Source: Mobula hypostoma
Lineage: Eukaryota
Direction of reading: 5' to 3'
DNA length: 64,000 nt
Assembly: GCF_963921235.1 (NCBI RefSeq)
Contig: NC_086108.1
Coordinates: 32,056,001 to 32,120,000, forward strand
Under the pieces are notes generated by a model. The model searched no databases. It was given only the letters and a program-made list of their open reading frames with translations, and had not been told where the DNA came from. The translations under genes were made by a program, and so were the position numbers. Within the stretch, counting starts at the first letter, position 1, and each line of letters starts with the position of its first letter. Positions 42,701-55,290 of this stretch are shown piece by piece.

Positions 42701-43907
42701 TCATTCTGCAGACTAATTATCTATGCTTTTTCTCCCCCAGAGTAATTGGTAATTATTTTACCTTGGTCACAACATTTCAACTACGATTTTGCCCAATATT
42801 CAATTAAATAATTCAGTGTTAAATGGAATTTCGGATTACCATCATTCTAGAAGTCAAAATAAATAAAATTGTAATTTTTTTTTGTGACCTTCTGCATTTA
42901 TACTAAGTATCTTCTACTCCTTTAGAATGTTGACAATTCAATAATCTGTCTCCATTAACAATCAAGACTTTTCAAAGTGGTTTAACTTATATACAAAGAT
43001 TTTGAGGTGTTTTAAAAACATTAAGCACTATTTTTATTCTTTTCAGTTACTGTATTATCGGTACAAAACGTTTGCCTCATTAGCCCAGGTGTACTTAATG
43101 TCAACAATAATGCCATTATTGTAATAATAAATGAAGAGCCATATTACAATAATAGTGGTAATAGTGAAGTTACATAAGAGTTAACTGTAGTGACCATTCA
43201 AACGTTCATCTATAACTACAGACCAGAGCTATATTTTACAATATTTTATTATTGTAAATGCAAATTAGTAAACCATCAAATGAATTTTAAGATAAATCTA
43301 CTCGGTATTCTCATCCCATAAACAGGAATCCTTATACGAAAGTTTTTTTAAAATAGCAGATGCTAGAAATCTGAAATTAAAACAGAAAATGGTCGGGTTA
43401 GGCAGCATCTGTGGAAGGAGAAACAGTTATATTTCAGGTCAAAGACTCCTCATTCTGATATTTTCTGCTTTTATTTAAGAATTGTTCTTTTACTGAAAGA
43501 TCAAAATTTGTAATTTTTCCCTTCCAGAAACATGTAAACACTATTTTCTACTCTTTCTGTTTTTTTAAAAACTGGTTTACAATTGAAAATATCTTCATGC
43601 TGCAATTGGCTGCCATTTGGTGAGAGGCAAGGAGGAAAAGGACTGATTTATAAACTTGGATGGTGAAAGTAAACTAGTTGTTCAAATCACAGTTGAATTT
43701 GATATTAATCTTTTCACTCACGGAGAATGTATCATGTTACTAAGAATAATGGTAATCTCGTGTTAAATTGTATATTTATGAATGCTAATATTATTCAACG
43801 TTAATTGCTAAAAGAATACAGAATGAATGTTCATTCAAGAACACATCAATTGTTGTGAAAACTCATTACTTACTACAAAGAAGAACACAGTAAAAGATCC
43901 TAGAAAT

Positions 43908-44012
43908 GGCTGGTAGGAGTTGTCATGTGTCTGCCTGTCTACACTTGCTGTGCAGAAAATCCTCTCACCTGTACAGCAGGCACAGACAGGCAGTCACATG
44001 ACAACCCAGCCT
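43908..44012 (+). ncRNA. MIR214: pre-miR-214
   Basis: 5p TGCCTGTCTACACTTGCTGTGC at 43932-43953 and 3p ACAGCAGGCACAGACAGGCAGT at 43973-43994; extended stem GTTGTCATGTG / CACATGACAAC. Confidence 0.98.
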
Positions 44013-47000
44013 GACTGAGAGCCATTCAGCTGGAAATCAGAAGAAGAGTCCAGAGACTTCTTGAGATTGATTAAAATGCCATCTTCAACACCGAAGTATA
44101 GTTGTAGATTCAGTCTTTTTGCTAATCTACTGTGTTGCCTACTTGTTCTAACTCATGTACATCTAGTTTTATCACTAATGCAGACATAACAAATAAAGAA
44201 CTCTTGGATAATGGGAAAGTTAATTGGATTGGTTTGATCAGGTCAAAGACTGCAAATGTCCTCAAGAGAAGTAAATCACTCTGAAACAACTGTTATTTAA
44301 TAATCTACCCGCACAGTTATGTAAAGGATGTAGGAAAATTCTGTGCAGTTTTATAGTTAAAGTGCTTAGTCATTATAAGTGAGTTTAAAAATTTTATTTT
44401 CTGACAATTTATTTTCACAGCTGATTATCATGGCTTGAAATTAAAACTAATTGTAAAATGACAATAGGTTTGTTTTAATTTTATGATTGCTTTACTGTTA
44501 TTAGTATTTATATCCAATTATCAGTTATACATCTTTATACATAATATATATTTTAATTGCATTTTCAACAATCAGCCTCAGATATGTAAATATAACATTG
44601 TACTGCATAGTTTTATTACTTACAGAAAATGACACACAAGCTCATATCTGAGATGGATTTCATTCTCAGAGGTAATAAGTTATGAGAACAGGTAAGTGAG
44701 GCAAGAAGCATTATCATTTGACTCCAAAATTAACTTCCCTACTCCATTTGGCTGATCTCCAGCTGAAACTGGGTTCAGGCTTATAGCTGGTGAATCAAGT
44801 AACAAAGGTTGGAGGTAAGACTTTACCGAGAAGCAAGAAGGAGGGTTCGGGTGATGAAAATGAAAACTTGAAGAGGAAAGTCAAGATGCTGGAGCCGATA
44901 ACCAGTTGTTGTCATGTAACAATAAGCAGACTGAGGCAGAAAGGGAGACTAGAAAGCCACAATAACTGCTTTGGTCACTGCCCCTCAGCTGAACACCTCA
45001 AATATACAGTACCTGATGCAAAAGAATGGCTCCCAAGTCAAAATCTACAGCCTAGTTCTCCTTACAAAGCTGGCCTCAGGTTAAAGTTGACCAAAGGCTT
45101 GAAAGGCTTGTGCTCTTGCTAGGTGTGGGAGTCATTAGGTAGAAGGGATCAAGAATGATAGCCCACACCTGACTGTGGCTTTCAATGGGTTCGGTGGATA
45201 TCATGAACTGGCAGTACAACTGGGAAAGACTGAGGTTGAGTACCAGCACCATATCCAGATACAAGATTATGGATGAGCAGTATGCTGGGCAGAAGGGGTG
45301 TAAGATCACACTGAAAGCACATCAGGTGGGGTTGGAAAAATGGGATCATGACAGCACTTTGAGGATGTACGTGGAGGAGTGGGAATTGCAACTGGTAACA
45401 CATTAAGGAGGATAGAAACAGACAGTAAGAAAGAAAGAAAGGTATGCAAGTGATCGAAGGTGGTTGTTTGGTGCAGAGGAGTGGTCTCATTGAATCAGTA
45501 AGTAACTCATCTACCTGGGAAGTCTTTCAGTGTACACCAGTAAGACCATATAATGTATACACTGGAGTGCCAAAAATGGTTGTTCCTGGCCTTCAGCTTC
45601 CTGGTGAACATAGTCTTACAAGGTTTGGGCAGTGAACAATATCAGCACGAATACCAGCAACTGCCCAACTGATATACTGACATTCATTAACAAATTTCAA
45701 AATTATCACCATATCATACTGGGAAAAAAATTATCAGCTTACAAAAGCAGTATAATGCAACTGAAACTATAAGCAATAAGTTTATCATGAGTAAAAGGAT
45801 ATTAGACGTGAAGGTCACATCAAGGACAAATATTAAAAAGTTAAAATTAAATATAACCATACTAGATCTGGGTGCACTTAGTATTAATAATACTGTAAAA
45901 TGGCACAAATCGAGAAAAAATAATTTGATCTAGCAATTGTTGCAGTTGCCAAAGTTAGGAACTCAATATTCTAGGGTTATTGACACTTAGAAAAGGTTAG
46001 TAGTATGAAAATGGAGATAGGGGAATATTGACAATAAAGTGTAGCACACACATCAGTGGTAACAATGGTTCTCAGTCCATTAGTTCAGGAGGAGAAGTCA
46101 AGAAATGACAAATAGAAAACATAATTGGGAGCAGTTTACTGCTTTCTTTATAACAATCTGCACTGGAGGGAGTTTTAATCAGCAAGTTACCACAGTAAGT
46201 AACAGGGTAAATAATAATCATGTGCAATTTTAAAGACAGAACAAACCAAACAGACAAAAGTAGGTTAGAGATTATGAGTTAATGAAACGCATTACAGACA
46301 GTTTAGCAGAACAACAGTTTGAGGGTATAATTGAAATCAGGAGTTGATGAAATAAAGCAGAAAATTTAATTGATTTAGATGTTCATTAATGACATTAATA
46401 AATGCAGGGCTAGGATGATGCAGCGACATTGCTTAATCCTGTTCCTTTATGATTATCACTTTAACCAAACACTGGCATATTAATAAAATGGTTAACTTTT
46501 GTTTCACATGAATAACTCACTCAATAATACCAAAATCAAGTATAGCAAATGAAAAAGTCTAATCCAAGTTTTATGAAACAAGTGAATCTTTAAGAAATAT
46601 TTGATGTCAAGAATGAGATTAAAAGAAAATCATTTTGTTGCTGCAAAAATTCTTGTAATTTTTCATAAACACATTTGTACAAAGTGAATGCAGACAACCG
46701 GAGACCTGAAAACTGAAGTTCAACAAGTACTGTCCCCTTATCAGCAGCAGAAAAATTACATTAAAATATGATCTAATAACGATGGTTGAGTAAGTAAATT
46801 GAAACTGAAATGTTTCGAACATATCTTTACTCACTTGCTCAGTTCAACAAGGCCATGTTCCAGTAAGTCAAGGAGAGAAAAGAACTCTTTAAGCGTGCTA
46901 CTGCTAATTCTATTCCTTGTATCTTCTCTCCATTAGTGTACAACGATGTGTAATTCTGGAAATGCTTAAACCTTCACAACCCTACACTCCAGAACTCCGA

Positions 47001-47477
47001 GGAAATTTAAAATATTCTCAGCAGAATCATCTTAAGATAGTAAGATTAGCCCAAACATAGAACATAAACTAGATTTTGGTGTTTCCTATCCACTCTTTTG
47101 CTTACCAGCTCAAAATACACTTGCAATGAAAATTGTAGGCAAATAATACTATAATGAAGCCATGGAGCATCACAGACATCAGTGTACCAAGTGGCCTGAC
47201 AATACATGTCCTAGGCCACTGAATTTTAAGGACAATGAAATAATACAAAATCAAGTACGGTGAATGAAAAAGACCAACTCAAGTTTTATGAAACAAGTGA
47301 TTAAGATATATTTGCGAATTTTAAAGAAGTCAAGAGATAATTGTTTTATTTTAGAAGTTTTATGTAATATTGTAAGATGTAACAACATAAAATGCCATTT
47401 AAAATACAAAAACATTTCAGTTATGTACTTACAAAGACTGGTAACTGTAATCCAATCTTCTTCATATCAGATCCCTG

Positions 47478-48125
47478 AAAGTTGCCTCACAGGTGGATAG
47501 GGTAGTTAAGAAAGCTTATGGGGTGTTAGTTTTCATAAGTTGAGGGATAGAATTTAAGAGTCGCGATGTAATGATGCAGCTCTATAAAACTCTGGTTAGG
47601 CCACACTTGGAGTACTGCGTCCAGTTCTGGTCGCCTCACTATAGGAAGGATGTGGAAGCATTGGAAAGGGTACAGAGGAGATTTACCAGGATGCTGCCTG
47701 GTTTAGAAAGTATGCAGTATGATCAGAGATTAAGGGAGCTAGGGCTTTACTCTTTGGAGAGAAGGAGGATGAGAGGAGACATGATAGAGGTGTACAAGAT
47801 AATAAGAGGAATAGATAGAGTGGATAGCCAGCGCCTCTTCCCCAGGGCACCACTGCTCAATACAAGAGGACATGGCTTTAAGGTAAGGGGTGGGAAGTTC
47901 AAGGGGGATATTAGAGGAAGGTTTTTTACAAAGAGAGTGGTTGGTGCGTAGAATGCACTGCCTGAGTCAGTGGTGGAGGCAGATCACTAGTGAAGTTTAA
48001 GAGACTACTAGACAGGTATATAGAGGAATTTAAGGTGGGGGCTTGTATGGGATGCAGGGTTTGAGGGTCGGCACAACATTGTGGGCCGAAGGGCCTGTAC
48101 TCTGCTGTACTATTCTATGTTCTAT
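47478..48125 (+). mobile_element. Relatively young CR1-like 3' fragment
   Basis: Open 126-aa stretch LYKTLVRPHLEYCVQFWSPHYRKDVEALERVQRRFTRMLPG; ttctatgttctat tail. Confidence 0.93.
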
Positions 48126-49900
48126 ATGTTGAATATTGTTCACTCCAAGGAATCTAGAGGCCTATTACAGTGATCAATGCACAAAAGCAGCAATTTCCTG
48201 AAATACATGGGGAGGCTGGTGGTGACTTACCACTTTTACAAGATTAAAATTAGGGCATCACCAATTTTCTATTTTGCATCTTTCAGGATACATTTCTTAC
48301 AAGTATTTTTACGGAAGAATTACACTTCGAACATTAAACACATTATTTCCCCAGAATATTTTGTACCAAAATTCTTGATCACACATACACCTCTGTGGAT
48401 TGCATCTATTACTGACAATAAATTGCAAATGATTAAAGCAGCAATATTTAACTAATTGACTGATCAAAGTTATATCTTTGTAACTTTCAAATCTGTAAAT
48501 GTATCTTTACATTTAAAACATGTCAGATATGTGAAATTGCCAACAGTTTTTCAGGATTAAGTGAAAAGTAGCAAGCAACAACCATGACCCACAGGTACTA
48601 GGGAACTCCAATGCCAACATGAGGAAGTCTCTAACCGCCTTCCTTATCATCAAGGTGCTAAAGATCACCACTAATACAGAAACTTAAAGGCAGCTCAGAG
48701 GATGGCATTCTGTGGTAGTACTCACTTCCTCACACATCACCATGTAAATGAATGACCTGAAACTAGATGACTACAGCTCCATTTCTCAAGAAGATAAATA
48801 TATCAGGGGTTCCCAACCTTTTTTATACCATGGACCTCAGGTTGAAAACCTCTGATCTAGGACAAAGTACCCAATTAGTTGACAGATGTACACAGCATGC
48901 TAGCCATACAATTCTAGGGTATAGAGGAACTACAGTTGTAATACATCATCTATAAAATGCAATGAAGCAAACTTCCAAGACAACCTTGGCACCATATTCT
49001 CACAAAAATGTTGTTGTGCTGGAGGTAGACAAACTTGCATGTGTTCATGTGAAATGAATTATTTTTAGAGCCACAGTAGAACAGCACAGAAACAGGCCCT
49101 TCATCCCATCTAGTCAAATACCATACTGTTATTCTTCCTACTCCCATCGACTTGCATAAGGACCATAGCTCTCCATACCCATCCACATACTTATTCAACT
49201 AAACATTGCAATCAAACTTGCATCCACCACATTCACTGGCAGCTCATTCCCACTTTATATAGTTGTTAAAAGGACATTATTGCTGCTTTCGTATAAGTAC
49301 ATGCTCGAACGAGATCTTTAAAGCCAATCCCAAAAGAAAAGCCACTGATAAAGCAACATGAGATCTCCATTTCCCACAACACAAAATTCCTTACAACTTT
49401 GACTGAAATTACATTTTCTGGATCATTTGTTTCAATGTGAAGATATGCCCATTTGGAACCAAGTTAAGATCATCTTTAGCTTCTACATAGAGAAGATTAT
49501 ATATAGCAGGAAAGAGACATGCGTTATATTTGTCTAAATAAATAAATGAACAGCATTTAAAAACACCATAGTAGCTCCATACACACTGTTTAACTGAATG
49601 ACAAAAGAGCTAGGAATTAGGTAAAGTAGTAATTCAACAATACTACAAGAAAACCTCATTCTCCATTTTTTTCACTTCAAATGAAGAGCCACATTTCTGA
49701 TTTTCTGCATTTACTATGATGATCCAGCTAGAATTCTGAATACAGTTCACACAGAACCATGGTAATGAATCTACGATTTAAGTAAAACATTGCAGACTGC
49801 GAATTAAAGCACTATAGTACATACTATGCAACCGCATACTAACAATAATTACAGTAAGTCATAAAATTCCATGTTTTTTTTTCATTTATATTCCTCTTAC

Positions 49901-50014
49901 CTCTTCATCCTTGAACCAACAGAGACACTCTGCAGTCAACACAAACCAGTATTCCTTGGAACCTCCTTTTATGATGCTGATATTGCTGATGGTGAGCCAA
50001 CCTTTTCTGACCAC
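49901..50014 (-). CDS. DNM3: Dynamin-3 exon encoding the start of the PH domain (114 nt, phase 0/0)
   Basis: ttccttgtag|GTG...GAG|gtaaga; translates to [38 protein letters not shown], a dynamin PH domain. The paralogue is assigned from 'TISN' and from the antisense miR-199 + miR-214 pair in the next intron. Confidence 0.95.
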
Positions 50015-52679
50015 CTACAAGGAAATATGGACAAACATAGATAAAACTGTGTTTAAGACAAGTTACTCATCTTCTTGAAAAAGTGATTATTAGAAAGATA
50101 GAAAACCTACAGCACAACACAGACAAATAAGACAGATTATTAATGGTTCTTTTTTCCTTCAAGACTAACAACAGTACCTTGCTTTGCTTTTCTTTGCATG
50201 ATCACCATGGGATTGCAGAATACTACTGATATCAACTCATCTTTAGAATTAGAATAAAATCTCCAAAGTATTAGGGTCACAAGTAAAGGGACTACAACTT
50301 CCAAAACAACCGTAGGTTTACCGCACCAATTATGATTTTTATTTAACAGTGCTGTAAGCTGTATATATTTATGTCATTGTGAGCATTATTGTGACAATCA
50401 TAAGTTCTGTACACTCTAGCATGCAACAAGAGCCTAGAATAATTTATTGTTCACCCCAGAGCAAGTTACCAGTAAGATCTTAGTTTCCTTGAACAGTAAT
50501 GAAAGCGATGCTGTAAGTATAAAGACAACATTGACATTACTAATGTATACCATAGTAACAGTAAATGATATATCATAATAAACCATATGATTCCTGTAAT
50601 ATTCAGCACCATTGGAGAAAATAAGTTACCATACTTCACGAAATAAAAATCTAGTCATTTTCTGGATTAGCAATTTGCTTTTCCTCATTAAAAGCAACTA
50701 AATATAATGTGCATTAAACTGAATTTGCCAGATGATTCAAATACTTCCCTCTTATCAACTTTTATTTCATGAATCTTGTTCCCTCTAGCTTGCAGTGTAA
50801 GTGCTTTGAAGAATAAAGGAGGAAGAATTAATTCCATGATCTTAACTTCCAGACAGATTATTCCATTTGGCATTCAGGGCTAGAGAGCTGCAGCATCATC
50901 CTTCCCAGTTCCACATTTTGATGCTGGGATCACATGATGTCCAGTTATATGTCATTCACTGGTTTCTTCTATTATTTAGCTATCTAATTGTATTAGATGC
51001 TCAAGAAATTCTATTAGATTTCACTTCCTAATGGTTAATTGTTTCCAGGGAAACAACTGACCATTAGGAAGTGAAATCTCATGCTCTGGGAGCTGCATCC
51101 CTAATCAATTTCACTGACCAAGGATTATATGACATTTCAATATTGTTTTTTGTGAGAGGTTCCTCTTCAGAAGTTAGCTGCCGCATTTCCTGTTTTACAA
51201 CAGTACCACTAATTACTATCACAATTGGCAATATATCTTCTATTTTACATTTCTTCTGTTTTTGAGCAGAGTCAACATTGAAGTCAGGAATCAGTATTTG
51301 GGATAGCCATTGTCAATCAGGTTGGATTAGCAGATGAAAGTGGAAAACCACATTGCTTGAACCCTCAGATGTCCATCTTTGAGAATTCAACTACTGTCAG
51401 TCAACCATCAATCTACAGGCCATGACACTCATGGACTTGGTCTGTAATTTTGTGACAGTATGTTTTTCTGCTATTGTAACAATGTGTGTTGTAGGTGCTC
51501 TGTGCTGTTTGTGACCACTGGTACTGTGTTTTCCACCTTGGCCCTGGAAGAACACCATTTTGTTTGGCTGTATTCATGTACGGTTGAACAATAACTAAAC
51601 TTGAACTTGTTAATAATGTCAAGACTGCATATGGATCTGTTGTTGTCTCTAGTTTTTCATCAATTCCACTACAGATTAACAAACTTTGGAACAAGGTCCA
51701 CCGCAGACCATCTTCATTTTAACATCTGTGTTGGTTACTCTTAATTAGTGCAAATTGGCCATGAAATTAGACAGTTGATTATTTGCTTTCTTAATAATCA
51801 TTGCATTTAGTAGAAATCACAGAATTAATAGGGGAGGCAGGGGGAGGGAAGGAAATCGGAACCAGGCATGTGCTGGATGTGTGAAATAGATCCAAGCTAA
51901 TTATGCATTGCCGTCCCCGCACATATTTTCCACATCTTCTACTTTCTGGCAGATACTTAAGAAAAAAACACCTCTCTACATCAGGGATTTCCAGCCTGTG
52001 GCCTACAGACCCCTTGGTTAATGGTGGGGGTCCATGACATAAAAAAGGTTGAGAACCCTGCCATGTAATGACTAGTCTACATCATTTAACCCAAGATGTG
52101 GTTTCTCGATCTGGTAACTGTTTCAGAATTAGATGCAACAGCAACAACTTTTAGGAACAGACTAAGTTACTAACATGGAAACTGCTATAAGCCTGAAAGG
52201 CTGACAAGATGATACTGTTACAAAATATAATTTATCATAGTGAGAGCAGCATTCAATGGAAGAACCTGCATTTTGCAATCATAATCATTAGGGTCTGAAC
52301 ATTCAGGACCAGATTACGCTGACTTCTGCATGGATTTGATCAGAACCCAGGAGTTCCATAGTTTATAGCAGATTAAATTGCAGGCATCCACCAAATGCAC
52401 CGGTCTAAAAGTTACCAACAGATCCAAAGAAGTTGAACCTGTCAGTTCAGTCCACTGCTAGATTCCCCCAAGAATCCAGTGGTGAAGCCCAATTTTGCTG
52501 AAATTCCCTGTACCTCACTGAGGAGCCAAGGTCCCATCTACTCAGTGAAAAATGTAAGGCGAAAGTTAAGGAGGTAAAGAAGTTAAACATATTTTGCTTT
52601 AGATTAATGTTTTTAATTTGTTTGTTTTTATAATTTAGTTAACTTTATTTTTTAATTATTTCACTTATCACTTCAAGTT

Positions 52680-53900
52680 TACACGTACACAGCTGGAGGA
52701 ACTCAGCAGTACAGGCAGCTTCTACAGAAATGAATAAACTGTCAACGTTTTGGGCTGAGAGCTTTCTTGAGGACTCAAGAGGAAGAGGGAAGGCGACAGG
52801 GGAAAAATGGTGGAAGGAGGAGGAAAGAGAATAGCAAGAAGGTGATAAATGAAGCTAAGTGGGTGGGAAAGGTAAAGGGCTGGAGAGGAAGGAATCTGAT
52901 TTGAGAGGAGAGTGGACCAAAGAAAAGAGGGAAGGAGGGGACCCGGCAGGAGGTGATAGGTGAGAAGAGATACGGAGACAGAGTGGGGAATAGAAGAAAA
53001 GGGGAGGGGGAAGAGAATTTTTTTTTACTGGAAGGAGAAATCGGTATTCATGCCATCAGGCTGGAAGCTACCCAGATGGAATATAACGTATTGCTCCTTC
53101 ACCCTGAGGGTGGCCTCAGTGTAGCACAAGAGGAGACCATAGACGACATATCAGAACGGGAATGGGAACTAGAATTAAAGTGTTTGGCCACCAGGAAGTT
53201 TTACTTTTGGCGGATGGAGCAGAGGTGCTCAACGAAGTGGTCTCCAAATTTATGATGGGTCTCACCAATGCAGAGGAGCTGCACTGGGAGCACTGGACAC
53301 TATCGATGACCCCAGCATATTCACAGTGTGGTGGTGCCTAACCTGTAAGGACAGTCTGGGGCCCTGAATGGAGGCGAGGGAGGAAGTGAATGGGCAGATT
53401 ACCACCTGCAGGGTTGAGGTAAAGAAATGTTTGGTGGTAGGATCCCCTTGAAGTCAGTGGAGGTTGTGGAGAATAATGTGTTGGATGTGGAAGCTCATGG
53501 GGTGGTAGCTAAGGACAGGAGGAACTCTATCACTATTAAGGTGGCCGGAAGATGGGGCAAGTGCGGATGTTTGGAAAATGGAGGAGATGTGGGTGAGAGC
53601 AGAATCTATGGTGGAGAAAGGGAAACCCCATTCTTTGAAGGAAGAAGAGATCTCTAATGTTCTGGAAAGGAAAACCACATCCTGGGAACAGATGTGGTGG
53701 AGACAAAGGAACTGTAAAAATAGCATTTTTATAGGAGACAGGATCGGAAGAGGTATAGTCAAAATAACTGTGGAAATTGGTACATTTATAAAAGATGTCA
53801 GTCAACAGTTTGTCTCCAGAGATGGAGACAGAGATCGAAAAAGAGGAGGGACATGTCAGAAATTTAAGGGCAAGGTGGAAATTGGAGGGAAAGTCGAAGG
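52680..53900 (-). mobile_element. Penelope-like retroelement fragment (RT C-terminus, GIY-YIG region, pLTR)
   Basis: TDIFYKCTNFHSYFDYTSSDP, QFLCLHHICSQD...GFPFSTID, RVPPVLSYHP and RHLASSLMA-region remnants; pLTR motif at the left end. Confidence 0.8.
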
Positions 53901-54109
53901 ATGAAACCCATGATGACTTCAGTTTTATTAGCTATTAAATATCTCTGAGTGTTATTTGAAGAAAAAATAAAATCTATTACATTTATCGCAATTAACAAGG
54001 CCCAATCCTGGCTTTGCCAATTGACAAAGATATTTTAAAAGGGAGAGCTTCCTCAACATTCTGCTTGTGATTTGTCACCATAGAGACCACACTACTGAGA
54101 TCCACATTG

Positions 54110-55290
54110 TGGAAGGAAGAAAGGAAGGCACTCCATCTAGATGATGTAACTGATAGCTTTGTGGCCAAGTTTACAGACAGTACAAAAGATCGTTGGTGCA
54201 GGTAGTGCTGAGCAAATAGGAAGTCTCCAGAAGGAGAATGGGCAAGAAAGTGGTATATAGAATGCAGCATAGAGAATCATACAGCTATGCACCTTGATAG
54301 AAGGAATAAAGGTGTAGATTATTTTCTAAATGGAGAGCGAATTCAGAAATTCTAGAGGTGCAAGAGGACATGTATGTCCAAGTGCATGATTCCCTAAGAG
54401 TTAACTTGCAGGTTGTATCAGTAGCAAGGAAGGCAAATGAAATGTTAGCATTCATTTCAAGAGGACTAGAATGTAAAAGCAAGACTGTAATGCTGAGATT
54501 TTATAAGGCATTGGTCAGACAACATTTGGAGTTTTGAGCAACACACATATGATACTGGAGGAACTCAGCAAGTCAGGCAGCATCTATGAAGGGGATAAAG
54601 AGTCGACAATTTGGCCGAGACCCTTCATCAGAATTGGAAAGGAATGGGGCAAAAGCCTGACTTGCTGAGTTCCTACAGCATTTTATAAGCAACGTGAGTG
54701 TTGCTCAAGCTTGTAATGATGAGGCTTTACAAGGTAATGGCCAGACCTCATCGGGATTATTGTGAGCAGCTTTGGGCACCATATCTAAGGATGGGTATGT
54801 TGGTGTTGGAGAAGGTCCAAAGAAATTTACGAAAAGATTCCAGAGATGAAAAGGTTAACACCTGAGAAGCTTTTAATGGCTCTGGGCTAGTACTCACTGG
54901 TGGTTAGAGGATGCGGGTGGGTGTGACCTCATTGAAACCTACCAAATATTGAAAGGCCTGGATAGAGTGAATGTGGAGAGGATGTTTTCAGTAGTGGGAC
55001 AGTTTAGGACCAGAGGGTACGGCCTCAGAATAAAAGGACATACTTTTAGAACAGAGATTAGGAGGGATGTTTTTAGCTAGAGGGTGCTGAATCGGTGGAA
55101 TTTATTGTCACAGATAGCTATGGAGGCCAAGCCATTCGGCATATCTAAAGTGGAAGTTGATAGGTCCTTAATTAGTAAGTGTGTCAAAGGTTACAGGGAG
55201 AAGGTAGGAGAATGAGTTTGAGGAAATAATAAATCTGCCATGATCAAATAGTGGAGCAGACTCAATGGACCAAATAGTTTAATTCTTCCA
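54110..55290 (+). mobile_element. Decayed CR1-like fragment with an inverted Penelope pLTR insertion (about 54538-54690)
   Basis: ANEMLAFISRGLE and DLIETYQILKGLDRV remnants; internal inverted repeat gaactcagcaagtcaggc / gcctgacttgctgagttcc. Confidence 0.75.

Larger units (their letters stand above)
39340..44220 (+). ncRNA. DNM3OS: Inferred DNM3 opposite-strand lncRNA / polycistronic pri-miRNA (boundaries approximate)
   Basis: miR-199 followed by miR-214 on the strand opposite a dynamin intron is the known DNM3OS arrangement. The ends are guessed from promoter motifs and the AATAAA at 44192. Confidence 0.6.

Noticed and set aside
44750..46450. Cluster of short ORFs downstream of miR-214 as a possible DNM3OS micropeptide
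   Set aside because: There is no recognisable product, and the region looks more like a highly decayed CR1 ORF1/endonuclease remnant.
51982..52060. Tiny hAT-like MITEs here and at about 48803-48854
   Set aside because: TIR-like ends are present, but the TSDs are not convincing and the sequences are too short and decayed to annotate confidently.
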